Below the pieces are notes generated by a model. That model saw only the letters and a program-made list of their open reading frames with translations, made no database searches and had not been told where the DNA came from. The position numbers and the translations under genes were made by a program. Shown one piece after another: positions 38,705 through 52,300 of a stretch of DNA of 64,000 nucleotides (the first letter of the stretch is position 1; each line of letters begins with the position of its first letter). The DNA is from Amoebophrya sp. A120 (lineage: Eukaryota > Protista > Dinoflagellata). The stretch lies in assembly GCA_905178155.1 (NCBI GenBank), contig CAJINV010000001.1, forward strand, positions 4,140,421 to 4,204,420, written 5' to 3'.

Positions 38705-40196
38705 GCCAGAGGAAATGCACATAAGATGAAGGACAATGCTTTACATCTTCGCTGTGAACTTTCTTTGGTGGGTCAAGTATGCTCTCCGCCTCTGCGCAGA
38801 AAAATGAAAAATCAAAAACATCGACGTCAGAGTTTTAAATCAAGTATGATCACCATCACGCAAACGAAGGCGCAATAGTGGATCGTGCCTTTTGCTTTTG
38901 TTCCAGTTGCAGTGAGTTCGATGTTCTTGTGCTCGAAGTCTCGTCTTCCGTTCAAAAAAGAGCAGATCTCTTTTTGCCTTGTTTTAATTGTGTGTTTTTT
39001 TTGCTTTTCGTCATGGTGTTTCCGTAAGCTTGTGGCTTGGCGTTCTCGACACTGAGTCTGAGTTCCTTTATTTACCGAAGAAAATTTTACTTGGCAGCAC
39101 GCGTTGAAGTACGACTGCCGGCTCCAACATCCCTAGCTTGTGACCTCGGAGGTGTCAGTTTTAGAAGTCGTCTTTAGTGACAACGAACTCCTGTACCTGT
39201 AATCATAGATGACAGATAAGAAACCACTCTTATCCGGACGACTTAGTTTTATGCTTCGTATAGAGGCACAAAGTCCCAGTTCGTTTTCAGTTTATCCGAA
39301 TTCTATTCATCAGCGGGCGACCACGGCGGCTGCAACCGTTATAGACTAAATTCTTACAGTATTTCCCGCTAACCGCAAATACTTAAACAAAGACCCGAAA
39401 GCCGCCAGGAAGAGGAAGAGCTCTTTATGTTTGATATAACAGTCCCCTTGTAGATAGAAGGACAAAGCCATCTTTCAACTCGTGCTACATCGATCACCTC
39501 GCCGAGATTTTTCTTCTTCTCTGTTAGTCTTACCAAGTACCGAGTCAGTCTCTCCTGTGTTTTCTGTAAGAAGTTTCAGTAGCAGAAACCGTGCTATTTC
39601 CGTCACCATTTTCAACCTTCCTCTTTTCCGTAGCTGCTGTGTCTGTTGTGATTTCTTGACTGAAAACGCACGAGAGGAGTGGGAGACACTTTGGAAAAAG
39701 CTGCAGCGACACTCCAGCAGCTAGCATACCACGCCGGGTGGAATAAGAGGAAGAGAATCTGGCACTGAGGCCTTTTTTGCACGGGTTCGCCTGTTGGGCC
39801 ACGACTGGTACGAGGACCGCAAACAAGTCAAAGACTAAGATACTTCTTTAGCAGGAGCGCAGCAGGACGAGAAACAGAAACTAATTCATATTCATCTTCA
39901 TTGTGTGAAGACATCAACAAACTATATTGGTGTGATGAAGAAGATGAAAAGCTCCTACGTAACAAGTGCCAGAAGTAATCATGCGATGAGTGGGGGGAGG
40001 AACAGCAACAGGAGGAAGAACTGTAGCTTTAGCTCTAGCTCAGAATAAACAAAGGGATAACTTCAGCAATCCGGAAACGCGACGAGGACGCTCTTCCCTA
40101 GTTAGTGTGTAATAACAATACTAGCACTAGGGTACTATACATATCACTTGTAATAGAGATCGTATACGATGTGCTAAGCTGTGACTGTGTGCGCAA

Positions 40197-43100
40197 ATGG
40201 GCTGCGGAGCGTCTTCTACCACACCATCAACGACATCGGCGTCTTCCAACGCTGCAAGCAGGTTACTAGTGCAAGGAAGCGCAACGCTCCTCGATAAAAA
40301 TTGCAGTAAACGCGAAGTTCTTCTAGATAGCACGTCTCCTGCTCGCCGAGGTGTAGTTGCTTCTTCCTCTTCCGGCTTCGTTCTGTCCTCATCTTCCGGT
40401 GGGCAGCTCGGCTCTTTTTTCAGCTCCCCACCGCCCCGCGGCCGTGGCAGTTGTACACACCGCGGCCGGCGAACGAGCACAACCAAAAAAGAAGAGGATT
40501 TCGATTCGCCGTGTGCAATTGTGAACGGAGAGGACTCGCGAAACGAAAAGAACGCATTTTTCCAGGATGACCGACTGGATGAAGGAGGTGAAGTGGAGCA
40601 GTTAATAGTGTACCCAAAAACTCACCAAAACCAACCATTTTTGTCCTCCCACGAACAACAAATTTTTACCACTCCATCCACTGTGCCGCCTCTGAGTACG
40701 ACGCAATCCAAAGTAACGGGAGCTGGTGCCACCAGCACTGCTACAGCTATTCCTCTCGCAGGTGGTGCTCCCGTGGCCGTGCTGACAACTACATTTTCCA
40801 ACTTGTATGAACAGTGCAGCACGCCGGAAGATCCGGAACACGAAAGCCGCAACGTCGTCAGCGTCCGCCTCAACCATGATGACCATCATGCTGACAAGAA
40901 GACGGGACGTTCTTTGAGTGACGAGATTGTGGAGATAACCAGCGACGACGAAGTCATCGACTCGACGACGCACCGAACTCCTGCCGGCGCTCCTGCCCCA
41001 TCTTTAATACAGTCGCCGCCCGCAGCTGGTGGCCTTGCACCAGAACTCCTGCCAAAAAATTTTGTGGATCCGCAAAGAACAAGAAGTATCAATAGTATGA
41101 CAAGCAGAAAAACAACGACCCAATCGTCCCAAAATGCTGCGGAAGGTCATCAACCTGCAGGTGACGAGCAAGACAAATCGGCACAGCAGCATCTGCATGG
41201 CGTCACTAATTTGTCAGCTGCTAGTAGGATGTCGAACTGGAGCTCTGGTTCTTCGGGTTCCTCTGCCATGCTCGGAGGAACATCTGGTGGCACAACGTCG
41301 TTTCTCAACCGCGGGTCCACTTTCTCGACCCTTTCCGGGCTTGGGCACCACCAGGAAGATCATAGCTTCGTGCCCTCGCCAGAACAGCAAGCAGGCGACC
41401 GGTATAATCGGGTGCACCAGCTCGAAGATGTAGATGAGAACAATGCTTCCACTTCTACCTCGTGCGGTCCAAACCAGAGAGATGAAACACATCTGTCTAA
41501 TGAACTACTTGTCGCGACGAAGACTGATGGGGCGGATGAAGACGAAGAATTGATCATTTCTCATAGTGCCAGCGGTCCAGCACGTGTGCTCGTAGAGGGA
41601 AGAGCCACGACGACGACCTCATCATCTTCCAGGATAACAAGAACTGCGGCTGGCGCCACTGGGGCAGTGGATGATGTAGAGATTCTGGAAAACAACTACA
41701 CAGAGGGGCCGGTGGCGCCCCCTTCGTCGTCGGCTGAAACGACCCCCGTCTTCCATCCCTTAGAGCCCTCTTCTGGCTCTACACTTCACCTTCAGGACGT
41801 GCAGGCCGCCCGGAGAAATCGCACGACGAGCATGGCGTCGGCCGCGCCGCCCACACCGTCCTCGTCTTCTTCGAGTAGCAACGCTAGTAACTCGAACAGA
41901 AACTGTTCTCTAGTACGTGGAACGGGCGGAGGACCACAACCACTTAATACAACCGCGTCCTCAGTGAATCAACATCATCAACAACAACTCCACGCGAGTA
42001 TGCAGCTGCTGCGGCGGAATCATGTGAATAGGCGGAAGAGCTCCCTGTCTGTTGCAACCGCGACCTCGCTAAAAGTGCTGCTGGAGCAGGAAATCGAGCG
42101 GCAAAAGAAGCGGTCGGGCAGCAACGAGTCCTGTGCGCCGATCGCAATTGACCTACACCACTTGGAATTGGACCAGATTGCCGAAACCGATGAGGAGCAG
42201 GAGGTCCTGGAACGGGTTTTTGCCGCGGCAGACCGAGAGAACCAGGGTCGCTGCAGCCCGCGCGAGCTGCGCTTGCTCTTCCGGGTTTTGGGCATTCCGG
42301 CGAAGGATTTAGTGGAGCATTTCAATGAAGAAAATCTGATGCTCGCCGCCCCGGCGTCGAGCCCAGGTACTATGGTCGTGCAGACAGTGCAACACCCGAC
42401 TGCGCCGCCGCAGTTGAGCAGTTCCTGTTCGGGATCCACGGGTGGTGCTCAGCCAACAGCATCTTCTTCATCGCACCAGCAATCAACTAGCGAGCAGCAG
42501 AGTGCAGAGTTGACACTTCAATTGAACGACAATCTGATGAGCGCCGTCCGGTGGGACCTGCGGCAATTTGAGCGGTGGGTGCCCCAAGATCTGGCTGAGG
42601 CCGTAGTGAACGCGCTGCGCGCAAGGCCCTTCGCACTAGACCACCCGTCTTTGCATACTCTTTGTGACCTGGTCGCCGTGCTCGACAGCCTGGATACGGA
42701 ATACACCGGGGCTATTGATCCGTCAGAGCTGTCAACGGTATGTACAATCATGTTCGAGATGAGTGATATTTGTAGTGCCTGTGTTTTTTTTTCTCCGCTT
42801 TGATCTCCTTCGTTCTCGACGAATGGGCATGATGAGTCCTGATGATGATGTAGCTGTAGTTTTTCAAAAATCGAGTTTCTACTTTCTCCAAAAATTATCG
42901 GACAGATTTGCGAGAACCTGCATCTGAACCCGGCCGAAAATACGGGACTGGTAAACCTGGTTGGTTCTCCGGAAAAAGCCGCGGTTTCCACGGCGCCCGT
43001 GTCGATCGACAAGTTTCTGCAAACGCTGACGGCCGAGGAACTGACCGTGATCCACAAAAGACTTCCCGAGCTCGAGCTGGAACCGGGCTCGTTCCGCCGG

Positions 43101-46100
43101 GTCAGTGGCGAAATCTCTCGGGCGTTCACGAGTTCGGAAGCCACGAGCCACCGGTCGGTGATCGACCCGAGCCGCGGGGGAAATTTTTTGATGAACTGCC
43201 GCTTTTCCAAATCCAGGTCCAGCTCCAGAACTAGTACGAACCTACAGCTCGTCCAGACGCCCCGGGGCGGGTTGCTGCACAAAACCGGCTCCTTGACGGC
43301 GGATGAGCAACTCCACCTGGCGGACAGGGACCACAGAGGCTCCTCGAAGGACGCGCGGAGCAATTTTTTCGATGTCCTCGACCTGGACACGGCGGACGAC
43401 CAGATGAACTTCGTGCTTCACGTGTTTGGCAATTTGCAGTGGAACTTGACAGTTGGCTCTACCTCCATCGGAATGAAATCTACTTCGAAAAATAACGCTG
43501 ACGACGACGACGGGGGGTCCTCTTTGTTACACCCAACGATCTCCGATCCAGGAACGATGCACGGTCTGGTAGTGCCGCACTTGACCCACTTCATGCGGTC
43601 CTCTAGCACTTCCTCCGCATCCATTTTCCCCTTCGCATCGAGCTCGTGCTCGCGGCAGCCGCCGCCCGCCAACGACGCGACGGCGATCCTACGGGAGGTC
43701 AGGCTAGCGGAGACGGGCCTGCGTCAGTACTGCAGCGCGCTGCGCTTGGCGTACATCCCCAACGCGTATCTATCAAAAGGAAAAATCCCCCCACCCCATA
43801 TCGAAATGGGAATCTGTGATGCGGGATTTGTGTACACAAATGATCGGCTTTGTCTTGCAATAGAGGACTGCAGACAGATACGAAGCCGGATTAGGGATGT
43901 TTTGGTGTAGGCGCCTAGCAAGGTATGGGCATTCTCTGTAGGCCAGACAGCATCACAAATTGCCTGCATAACGCGGCGGGGTTTTTTTATTTGTCTTCTT
44001 GCACTACTGAGACGATTTGTGGCCTCAAATCAGCATGACAAATTTTGAGAAGTATCCCGTTCTGGTATGGGGAGGGGGGATTTTTCCTCTCAATAGTATC
44101 ACAACTATCACCACGCACTGAACACGCTGCATTTGTGCTCGCAGTACTTGTCGGGGACGAAAAGCGCGGGAAAAACCTTGCTGTACAGCCTCGAGGTATA
44201 TCTTCACGCAGAGATAGGATTAGGAAAATCAACAAGTACAAGATTATCATATGTCAGTGCTTTTTTCCTCTACCAGGTCCTGATCCTCGCGCCAGTGAAA
44301 CAAGCACAACACACTCACATCATTTGAACTACACCTGGCGAAGAGGAAGATGAACGCCGGTTGAAGTCTTGTAAGCCCCTTACTTTTCGTTTTCAGTGAA
44401 GATTCAATATACAGAGAACAATGACAATCATGAATGAAAATTTGTAAATCAAAACGAATAGGTGCTCACTTGTCTTTGTGCTGCTCTGGCGCACGACGTT
44501 GGCCACCGCGGCTTTACCAACCCGTTCGAAGTTGCCACGGGTTCGGAGCTTGCCATTTTCTACAATGATAACTCCGTCTTGGAAAATATGCACGCCTCTG
44601 TCGGTTTTTCGCACGCGGAGCGCTTCATCCTACCAAACTTGTTCCACGTAGTCGACGCGCAGGCAGCACATCCTGTTCCTGAGGCTGGTGGGGCGAGCTC
44701 CTCGAGCCGCTCTAGTGCCGGTTCTAGCTGCAATATTTCCAGCATCACTGCAGTCTCCGCTTCTCCGGCTGCAGCAGCCGAAAGAAGTTGTATAATCGAG
44801 GCTGAGCAGGCAGAGAAGAAAGACAATTCGGCTGAGCTTGTGCAAACCGAAGCGATAACAATAAACACATCAGCGAACAACGGCGCAGTACCAGACCAGC
44901 ACAGCTTTTCCAAATCGTCATCGTCAGGGCCAAGCACCAGCAACCCCGTGAGAGCAGGAGGACCAAGGTACGAGAAGGTAGGTCGCGAAGTGTGGCGGCG
45001 GTTCCGCAAGATTTTTATCGAGAGTATTTTGGGCACGGATATGGTGCACCACGAAAAGCAAGTGAAGGCCGCTTCCATGCTCGCGACGCAGCGCAAGCAC
45101 TCCATGATCAACTCGGCTACACCATTTTTTCCGCCCGGGGTTTCGAACGGTGCCAGCAGCGGAACTGCTCGGGCAACCGAAGCAGGAGGAGCTTCCTCTT
45201 CTACATCTTGCAACACGAACACCACAGCTGCAAATACTAAGCCACAAAAGGCTGCACCCTCATCCGCCGAGAACGATGACGTTGTTGTAGAAGCTTCCGC
45301 GTCCTCCGAAGATGCACTTCCTCCACGCGACGAGGACTCTAGTGGGTCTACAGGTGCAGCTGCATTGGAAGTTGTTGTGAGGAGCAAGGATAAGGAAATA
45401 ACAAGCTGCGCAAAAAATATTAGGTCTTCTGTGATCAACACGACGACGCCAACAAGGGCGGACCACTCGACGTCCTCTTTCCACCTCGACGAGACCGGTC
45501 GGTCTCAGCTCGTGGAATTGGTGTTGCACACCGCGGACATCGGGAATGGGTGCCAGCCGCTCTCCGTCGCGTTACGGTGGAAGGACCGAATTCTCGAGGA
45601 ATTTTCCAACCAGGCCGCGGAAGAGGCGAAGGTCGGTATCCCGGTGACGCCGTTCATGCTGAACCTGCACGACCCGATCGTGGCCGCGAAGAGCCAGATC
45701 GCCTTTGTCGGCTTCGTCGTTGCCCCGTTGATGCAGATTGTCAGCCCGCTGCTGGGGCTGGACACCTACATGGAGTGTATGTACTCCAACACCCAGTACT
45801 ACCAAGACATCGTCAACGCGAATAACAAGCTGGGGCTGCAGCAAGCGGATACTCATAACTGTAATGGGAGCAGTTCTTGTTCATCTTCTGGCACAGCAGT
45901 TTCTGGTGCAGCTGTCGCCACAAAAAATACAACTAATACTAATACAGCAGGAGCCAGTTGCGCTGACACGTCGAAAAATGGAGGAACCAAGACGAAAAGT
46001 AGAGGAGCACCACCAGGCGCCGCGAGGACCACCACGAAGGGGCCGCTGAGCAAGACCTCGGACAACTGCAGCAAGGATGTTGCGCCACTAGCACTGGAAG

Positions 46101-49100
46101 AAGAACAAGAGGACAAGGTGTCAAATGCGGACAACAAGAACGGAGCAAACAGCAAAGCGACCACCACGACCACAGCGGCTTCCTCCGACGAGCAAGACGC
46201 AGTCACTATTTACGGACAGAACGACGCTGTTAATCACCACCAGGAAAATCAGCAGGAGTCTAGTTGTTCGCTTTACCCAGCACCGACAGGCTCGTCCTCA
46301 GCTTCCGCTCCGAGCAGCGTGACGAACGCGAAGAACTACAAAGTTGGACAAGAACTCGAGCAGAACTACGAACAACAGCTACAGCACGATCTCCACGACG
46401 AGAGCGGGAACCATAATCTTCAGGAGGCTACTTTATTTTCCCGGCATGGCACCAACGACAGCGACAGCTTTGATGTGTACAACATTTTTTCCCGGCATGG
46501 CACCAACTTATGTCTTCAACGGTCGTTAGCATACAGAAGGGTGAATTTGCAGTGAATTTGTATTGCGTGGCATGATGCATGAATTAATCTTCAGGTGCAT
46601 GCGAAGAACTAGAACACGAGGACAACATACAAGAAGCCAGCGCGCCGCGTTGATGGGCTGCTTGGCTGGTGGCGCTTCCCTCCTGTGGACGCTTGCCGCT
46701 TGTTGCCCAAAGAGGCGCACCTGGTGGACTGCGAAGCAACGCAGGTGGCTTAGGGCGGTCTTACAACACGACGCTGCATGATCCGCAGACTCGATAGTGG
46801 CGGATCGACCGGGACGAGGGCTATGCCTGTAAAGGGGGTCAAAGGTACTAGCTCAACATGTCAAAATAGAGAAGTCGCGTCACGGGTTGTGGCTGCCTCG
46901 GCTTGGATATCTGGAGACAGGTTGCTACGGATGCTAGCATCGCCTGCTTTGCTCTGTAAGTAACCTCCTCCCAGCTGTGTTCCTGCCTCATCTTGGTCGG
47001 TTCCTCTAGTAGTCTTCTTTGACGTGACCCCCAGGTCAGGAATTCTCTTGGTGAATTTTGAGGCTTTGTCTTTTTGCGAAACTTTTTTGAAGCCCCAAAC
47101 TCGGAGTTTCTCACGCGCTAGCGAATTTTGAACAGGCACCGGAACCCAAAATTCACCGGCGCCCTTTTCAAAATTCACCCGAAAACTCACCGAGCGCCCC
47201 TTTTCGACCGTGATAAGCAAACTTTGGCGCAGAAAAGTGCTCAAAAATGTGCACAGGTAGGCCCTGGGGAGTGGGGCCGAGGGGAAAAGACAAGCGCCCT
47301 CTGTTGCCCTCAGCCCGTCTATATTCTGCCGAAAAGGCCTGGGGAGTTCACGCGCCTGCCGGGTAGAGGCGTGAAAGCTCTCGGCCTGGTCCTTTCACTC
47401 GTTTTTTTGCGCCTTCTTCCCTAATTGCATGTGCTTCGCAGCCTTTCTTTTTAGCGTCTTTGCCGCGGCTGCTGCAGTGCTCTATGCGAGCACAGGGAGA
47501 CGAATAGACATGGCCAAAGAACGGCACCCAGGCCATGCCTAGAAGCTGCCCGCCGCATAAGTAAGCCTTGACTTCTGCGGTGTGCAGAACCCACCTCCCA
47601 GAAGGGCAAGAAGGATAATGCCCCGGCGGACTCATCTGCAATCTGTCATGCAAAATTCACTACAAATTCGCCACTTCTCATGCTAACGGGTGTTAAAGCT
47701 GTAAGCACCAACGACAGCGACAGCTTTGATGTGTACAACATTTTTGACAGCTATTCATTGCGACGCGTTCCGATGAGATAAGTAAAAGCGGAACTTCGTG
47801 GAATTTTGCGTCTCGAAAATTGCCAGCAGGGCACTGCGTACCCCGCCCAGGCAATATTGCCCCATTGAGTAGACCTGCGCGATGTTTTGTAGCCCTGGCT
47901 CCCAGCTGTTCTTTGTGTTTTTTTTATTTATCGCTGTGTATTCTTTTCCAGGTGGGCCGATATTGTGTCGTGGGGCAGGAACGATAGCCGGAGTGGGCGC
48001 TTAAGCGCCAACAAGCAACAAGATAACACTTCGTGGGCTCTCCGGGCAATAACAATCGGAAGCCCTGCAGGCCTCTCCGTCAATATTACCATGTGCGCGG
48101 GGCCCGACAAGGGCCACAAATTCTGCGCCATTGGCCTGCGAATACGCCAGACGGAACAGACAGAAGCTCTCTTTTTGCCCTTTCGTGGCGAGGCCCCTTT
48201 CGTGGCGAGGATTCCTTTCGTGGCGAGGCCCCTGGCTACGTTCATTGGCCATCCTGCCTTTCAAGTGCCACCCCTTAGGAATTTGCTTGGAATTTGCTAG
48301 GAATTTGCTTGGAATTTTCTTGACTTTTTTTTGGAATTCTAAGCAATTTCTCTGCATTTTGTCTGGAATTTGTTTGGAATTTCGCTCAGAGAGTTCTGGA
48401 ATTTCGTCATAGCGTCGTGACTGGCAAATTCCAGATAAATTCCAAATGAATTCCAGACAAATTTCTTACAAAAGAAAAACAAAAAGAAAATAAATTTCTG
48501 GCACATGTCAAACAGAGGGAACCCAGAGGACTAACACCTCCGACCTAGGTCGCGACCTAGGTCGCGACCCACCCGGAAGCAACCACAAGACAACACAAGA
48601 ACTCTTCCAAAGTCCGGGACACAAGTGTCCGATATGGCACGACACCCAAGCGCCACACTCCGACAACGGGTGCCAGAATAGGGCCAGCAGGCGCAAAAGC
48701 TACAGCTTTGCCCTGCGTGGGTAGTTCGGGTCTAGGGCTGTGAATAATTGGCACAAGATATAAGCTTCAGGCTATGGGGATTCGACTACCCTCAACAGTA
48801 CGGCGTTGTTGTCTGTTTCCTCACGCTTGCGTTTATCTTTAGGGGCCCCCATATTTGGACAGAACAAGACGCGGGTAGTCTACCGCGATAGCCTGCGCCC
48901 GAGAATGCGCCGATTTCTGTCCCTGCGAAAACATCTTTCACACAGCGACCGCGTGGCTGTTCGCTACGCTGCGGCTCCGGCGCTAAGAAGTTTTTTTTCC
49001 CCGAGAAATTCCACGAAATTCCGCTCAAATTCCCTCATCGTACGCGCTGACAGCGACAGCTTTGATGTGTACAACATTTTTGACAGCTGCACGTCGGGCG

Positions 49101-49369
49101 AAGAAAATAATTCGGAGATGAATGGGGAAGACTTTTCCGCAAACAGCCCGATGCTGCTCTTCGAAACAGCATGTGAAGATGGCGGAGGGATGCTGGCCGC
49201 AGGAGAGGGACCTCCAGGAGATCTGCGTGCAAGCGCAAGCAAAAGGCAGTCAAGTGGTGAGGGTGGCTGCACAGTGGCGTCTCCCACGGCAGTAATTGGC
49301 ATGGAGGACGACACTGGGGCTTTCATCTGTAGTTCCGCAGCAGCGGAGAACAATGTTGACGGCGAATAA
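40197..49369 (+). CDS. Class I cyclic-nucleotide phosphodiesterase with N-terminal acylation motif and EF-hand-like pair; exons 40197-42737, 42906-43770, 44101-44195, 44462-46507, ~47713-47751, ~49055-49369
   Basis: MGCGAS; EF-like loops DRENQGRCSPRE and DTEYTGAIDPSE; NAY-HNYHHA (after removing 43771-44100), AALAHDVGHRGFTN, YNDNSVLENMH, ILGTDM, HTADIGN, EFSNQAAEE and SQIAFV. GT-AG introns 42738-42905 and 44196-44461. The C-terminal junctions are inferred. Confidence 0.88.
43771..44095. mobile_element. Introner-like element splitting the PDE YHN motif
   Basis: TIR TATCAAAAGGAAAAATCCCCCCACCCCATA / TATGGGGAGGGGGGATTTTTCCTCTCAATA. DR GTATC. Removing 330 nt recreates the His codon. Confidence 0.93.
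46508..47704. mobile_element. 1197-bp non-autonomous TIR element in the PDE exon, TTA...TAA ends, 8-bp DR
   Basis: Imperfect ~50-bp TIR (CGTTAGCAT..GAAG..GAATTTG.AGTGAATTT). DR GCACCAAC at 46500-46507 and 47705-47712. No convincing ORF. Confidence 0.82.
47752..49047. mobile_element. ~1.3-kb non-autonomous TIR/foldback-like element in the PDE exon
   Basis: Imperfect IR CGCGT..CGATGAG...GCGGAA.TTCGTGGAATTT near both ends. Flanked by TGACAGC (7 bp) within a 40-bp exon duplication. Internal TTTCGTGGCGAGG x3, GGAATTT/AAATTCC clusters and (CGACCTAGGTCG)2. Confidence 0.75.
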
Positions 49370-52300
49370 ATATAAATGGCGAATATGGAATGCGGAAGTT
49401 CGCAAACGACAGTGCTGCAATGGAGCTTATAGCAATTTGAATTTGAACGAAAGCATAGTTCTTGTGCTCAAAAAATATTTTATGATGGAAGCACGAGTAC
49501 GCTTCGGAGTCGGATCCTCCTCTGGAAAGGAAATACAGTTAGAAGGAAAAAGGCACTAAAGCTCGAAAGAATCAGAAACAAATCACAAAACTTAAGCAAA
49601 TCAATTTGATAGGTTACTTCTTTAGACAAATCACAGATAGAATAATATATAGCCAGAGCAATTTTATGTCTTATGGATAAGGATATCAAGAAAAATGAAC
49701 CTGTATCTACTTGTTGTCCGTTGTTGTAACAATTATGCCATGTACCTGTACAATAGCGTTAGCGTTTTTGAACTATTACTATGATCTCTGTGTGCTGTAG
49801 ATAAAGTTTCAACATAAAAGCGATATGAGGCATCATGAGAAGAGCTGCGGAGACGAGAAACAGAAAAATGAAGTAGATTTGCAACGGCAAGTATCAACTT
49901 CCATGGCGCGCAGGAACATCAGCAGGTATCTCCACGCTCCGAAGTTGAGCTCGTCGGTTATCTTTACGATTACGAAGAGGCTTGGACTTGATCTTGCAAT
50001 CTTGAGCAGGATCTCTCACTTTTCTTCTTTTTTCTACAAGAAATCTATGATACGCGGTAGTCACACTCACACTAGTTGCAATTTGTATAAAGATAAGACA
50101 GAGTAGGAGCATCGGCTTTAGTCGTGTGTAGGCATAAGTGAACAGAGTCCAAGCAAAGCCAGATGCGATGTAGAATTTTTTTTTGATGCATGTACATTAC
50201 GCGCGTCTAGCACATTGGCCGTGGGCCAGTTGCCGACGGCTAGACGAAGCGGCGGATCCCAGCTGGGTGGCAGTGATGTTGATGTGAGGTTCACTGCGAG
50301 AAGAAATCCGAGTTGGCTCGTAGTTAGAAATAGCTTCGGTCTGGGCGAGTGAAACGTTATCCAATTTGTGCCCCTAAGACCCTAGCGAGAATTTTCTTAC
50401 CGTGACTCCCCTCGGGATTGAGAACGTTAACCCAGGGTAGAGTCTTGCGATGCACTAAGCGTCGTAAACACAATTTGAATTTGAACTTACAACCGCTACA
50501 GCTGAAACTGTAGCTGCCGTAGTTAAAACGTGTGTCTTCGATAAGTATTCAGTAACTAAGTACAGAAATCGCGCCAGAGCTTGTATTGTCATGGGACGAT
50601 GCAACTTCTACTTCTACTCGAGTAGTTTGCGCGATGGTAATGGTTCGCATGTAGTGCCTCGATGAAAATAATATGCCCATACGATACCGAAGCTCAGCCA
50701 CCTAGAATTATTCGCATCAAACAGCCCAAATCAGGTGAAATTTCCTGAACAAGCTGCAGCACCAGCAGGAGGCTCGCTAGTGCTGTTGCAAGATGCCCTT
50801 TCACAGGAGCTTTGTGAGACAAATACATGAATCCCATCGGCACTACATCCGGCAGGGGTAGATGAGCTAGAAACCAAAACTACAGGAGCACTAGTGACCA
50901 GCCGTTTCAGTTCAAGTTCTGTTGGTTTGCGAAGTGCATCAACAGACACGACTCCAGGAGCGTTTTTTACTTCTTCCACCTACAATTTTACTTTTACTAT
51001 TTTCTTTAATTTTAATACCACACTGTCTCCCCTTGTTCTCTGGCCACTCCTGCGGTTTTACTTGTACCGGGATTTTTGACTGTACGTAGGCCACAAGGTC
51101 GCACAAAGACGGTTGGAGAAGCAAATAAATTCTCATTTTTCTCCGGCAATGATGCTTTTGTTTTCCCTCTAAAAATTCTTGTTGTTGTCAACTGACTACC
51201 CTCGTCCAAATTTAAGTTTGCTTTTTCATAAGCGCTGCTTTGTGACTGAATTCCAGCGAGCGAACAGTGTCGACGATGGCGTGCTGGTGCCCTCCTATGA
51301 CAAGAATTATATCCATATTGACTACAACTACTCAACTCCCTCCGTATACAAACAAGTACAACCGCCTTCGATAATTTTACTTAATTTCCACAGGAAGAGC
51401 ATTACTTCAGCAGCAAAAAGAAAAACCTCCACGGCTATTAATTTTGAAAATCTATATAAGAACTCTCCACTCTTTACCTCGACCTCTCCGTTTCGTTTCC
51501 TTTGTTTCCCGCTGAGCTGCCATCATTGAATTTAAAAATCGAAATCCCCGGGACAATACCTGTCCAAATTGACCACGTATTAAAACCTCCTCATGTCCGA
51601 TGCCGATCTTGATCTTCGTGACGCCCTTACAATCTTACTTTTACTTATACACCTGCACGTTTTTCCAGTGGGTTATTTTTCCGCTCCACCACGCTCGCGG
51701 GGTCAATGCCGTGTGCATGAAATTGAACCTTTTTCACCTTCTTGTGTGCCTGGTAACGAGCTCGCTGCCGGCCGTACAGCAGTGAAAGCAAATGAACGAA
51801 GAAGAAGACTTATGGGTATTGAGTAGAGTTACTAATCTTATACTCCGGTGAGAATCATCTAAATGTGTCAAATGAAGGCGGATTTGAAATGTTTTCAGAA
51901 TGTGGAGCTGTCGCGGAAGAGAAAAAATGAACGAAGATGCAACAACTCCATCTTCAACTGCAAGTGGCATAGCTTATAAGCACCACGCGGTGCGCGTTTT
52001 TGGCTTTACTTGCTGATTTCCAGTACTTGCGTGGAGCATACCCCGGAAACCACGAACGCCACTGCAGTGTTTTATTTTGATCACACGCGACCGCACGAAT
52101 CTCTGAACAGTGTGGTGCTCCTCGATGCGGCAGTTTCTTGGCGAGTCCAGCAGTATAAGCTTTTTTCACAATGTTGGACATCGAAATGAGTCAAAATTCA
52201 CGGGGGCATTTTTTGGGCAGAATCTTGTTGTGCGTACTAGAATTAGAGTATGCAAAGGCAGAATTTTTCTGCCACCTCGTCTGCTGCTGCGTTTTTTTAG

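Noticed and set aside
15776-45441. Long antisense ORFs (e.g. 15776-16618, 16730-17683, 42518-43390, 44560-45441)
   Set aside because: Shadows of GC-rich sense-strand codon usage with no recognisable motifs.
46563-49028. Short ORFs inside the two large elements as a transposase
   Set aside because: All are under ~130 aa with no DDE, tyrosine-recombinase, HUH or RT motifs.
46457-49088. CRISPR-like reading of the three 33-bp direct repeats
   Set aside because: Spacers are >1.2 kb, the repeats are in-frame exon sequence, the context is eukaryotic and there are no cas genes.
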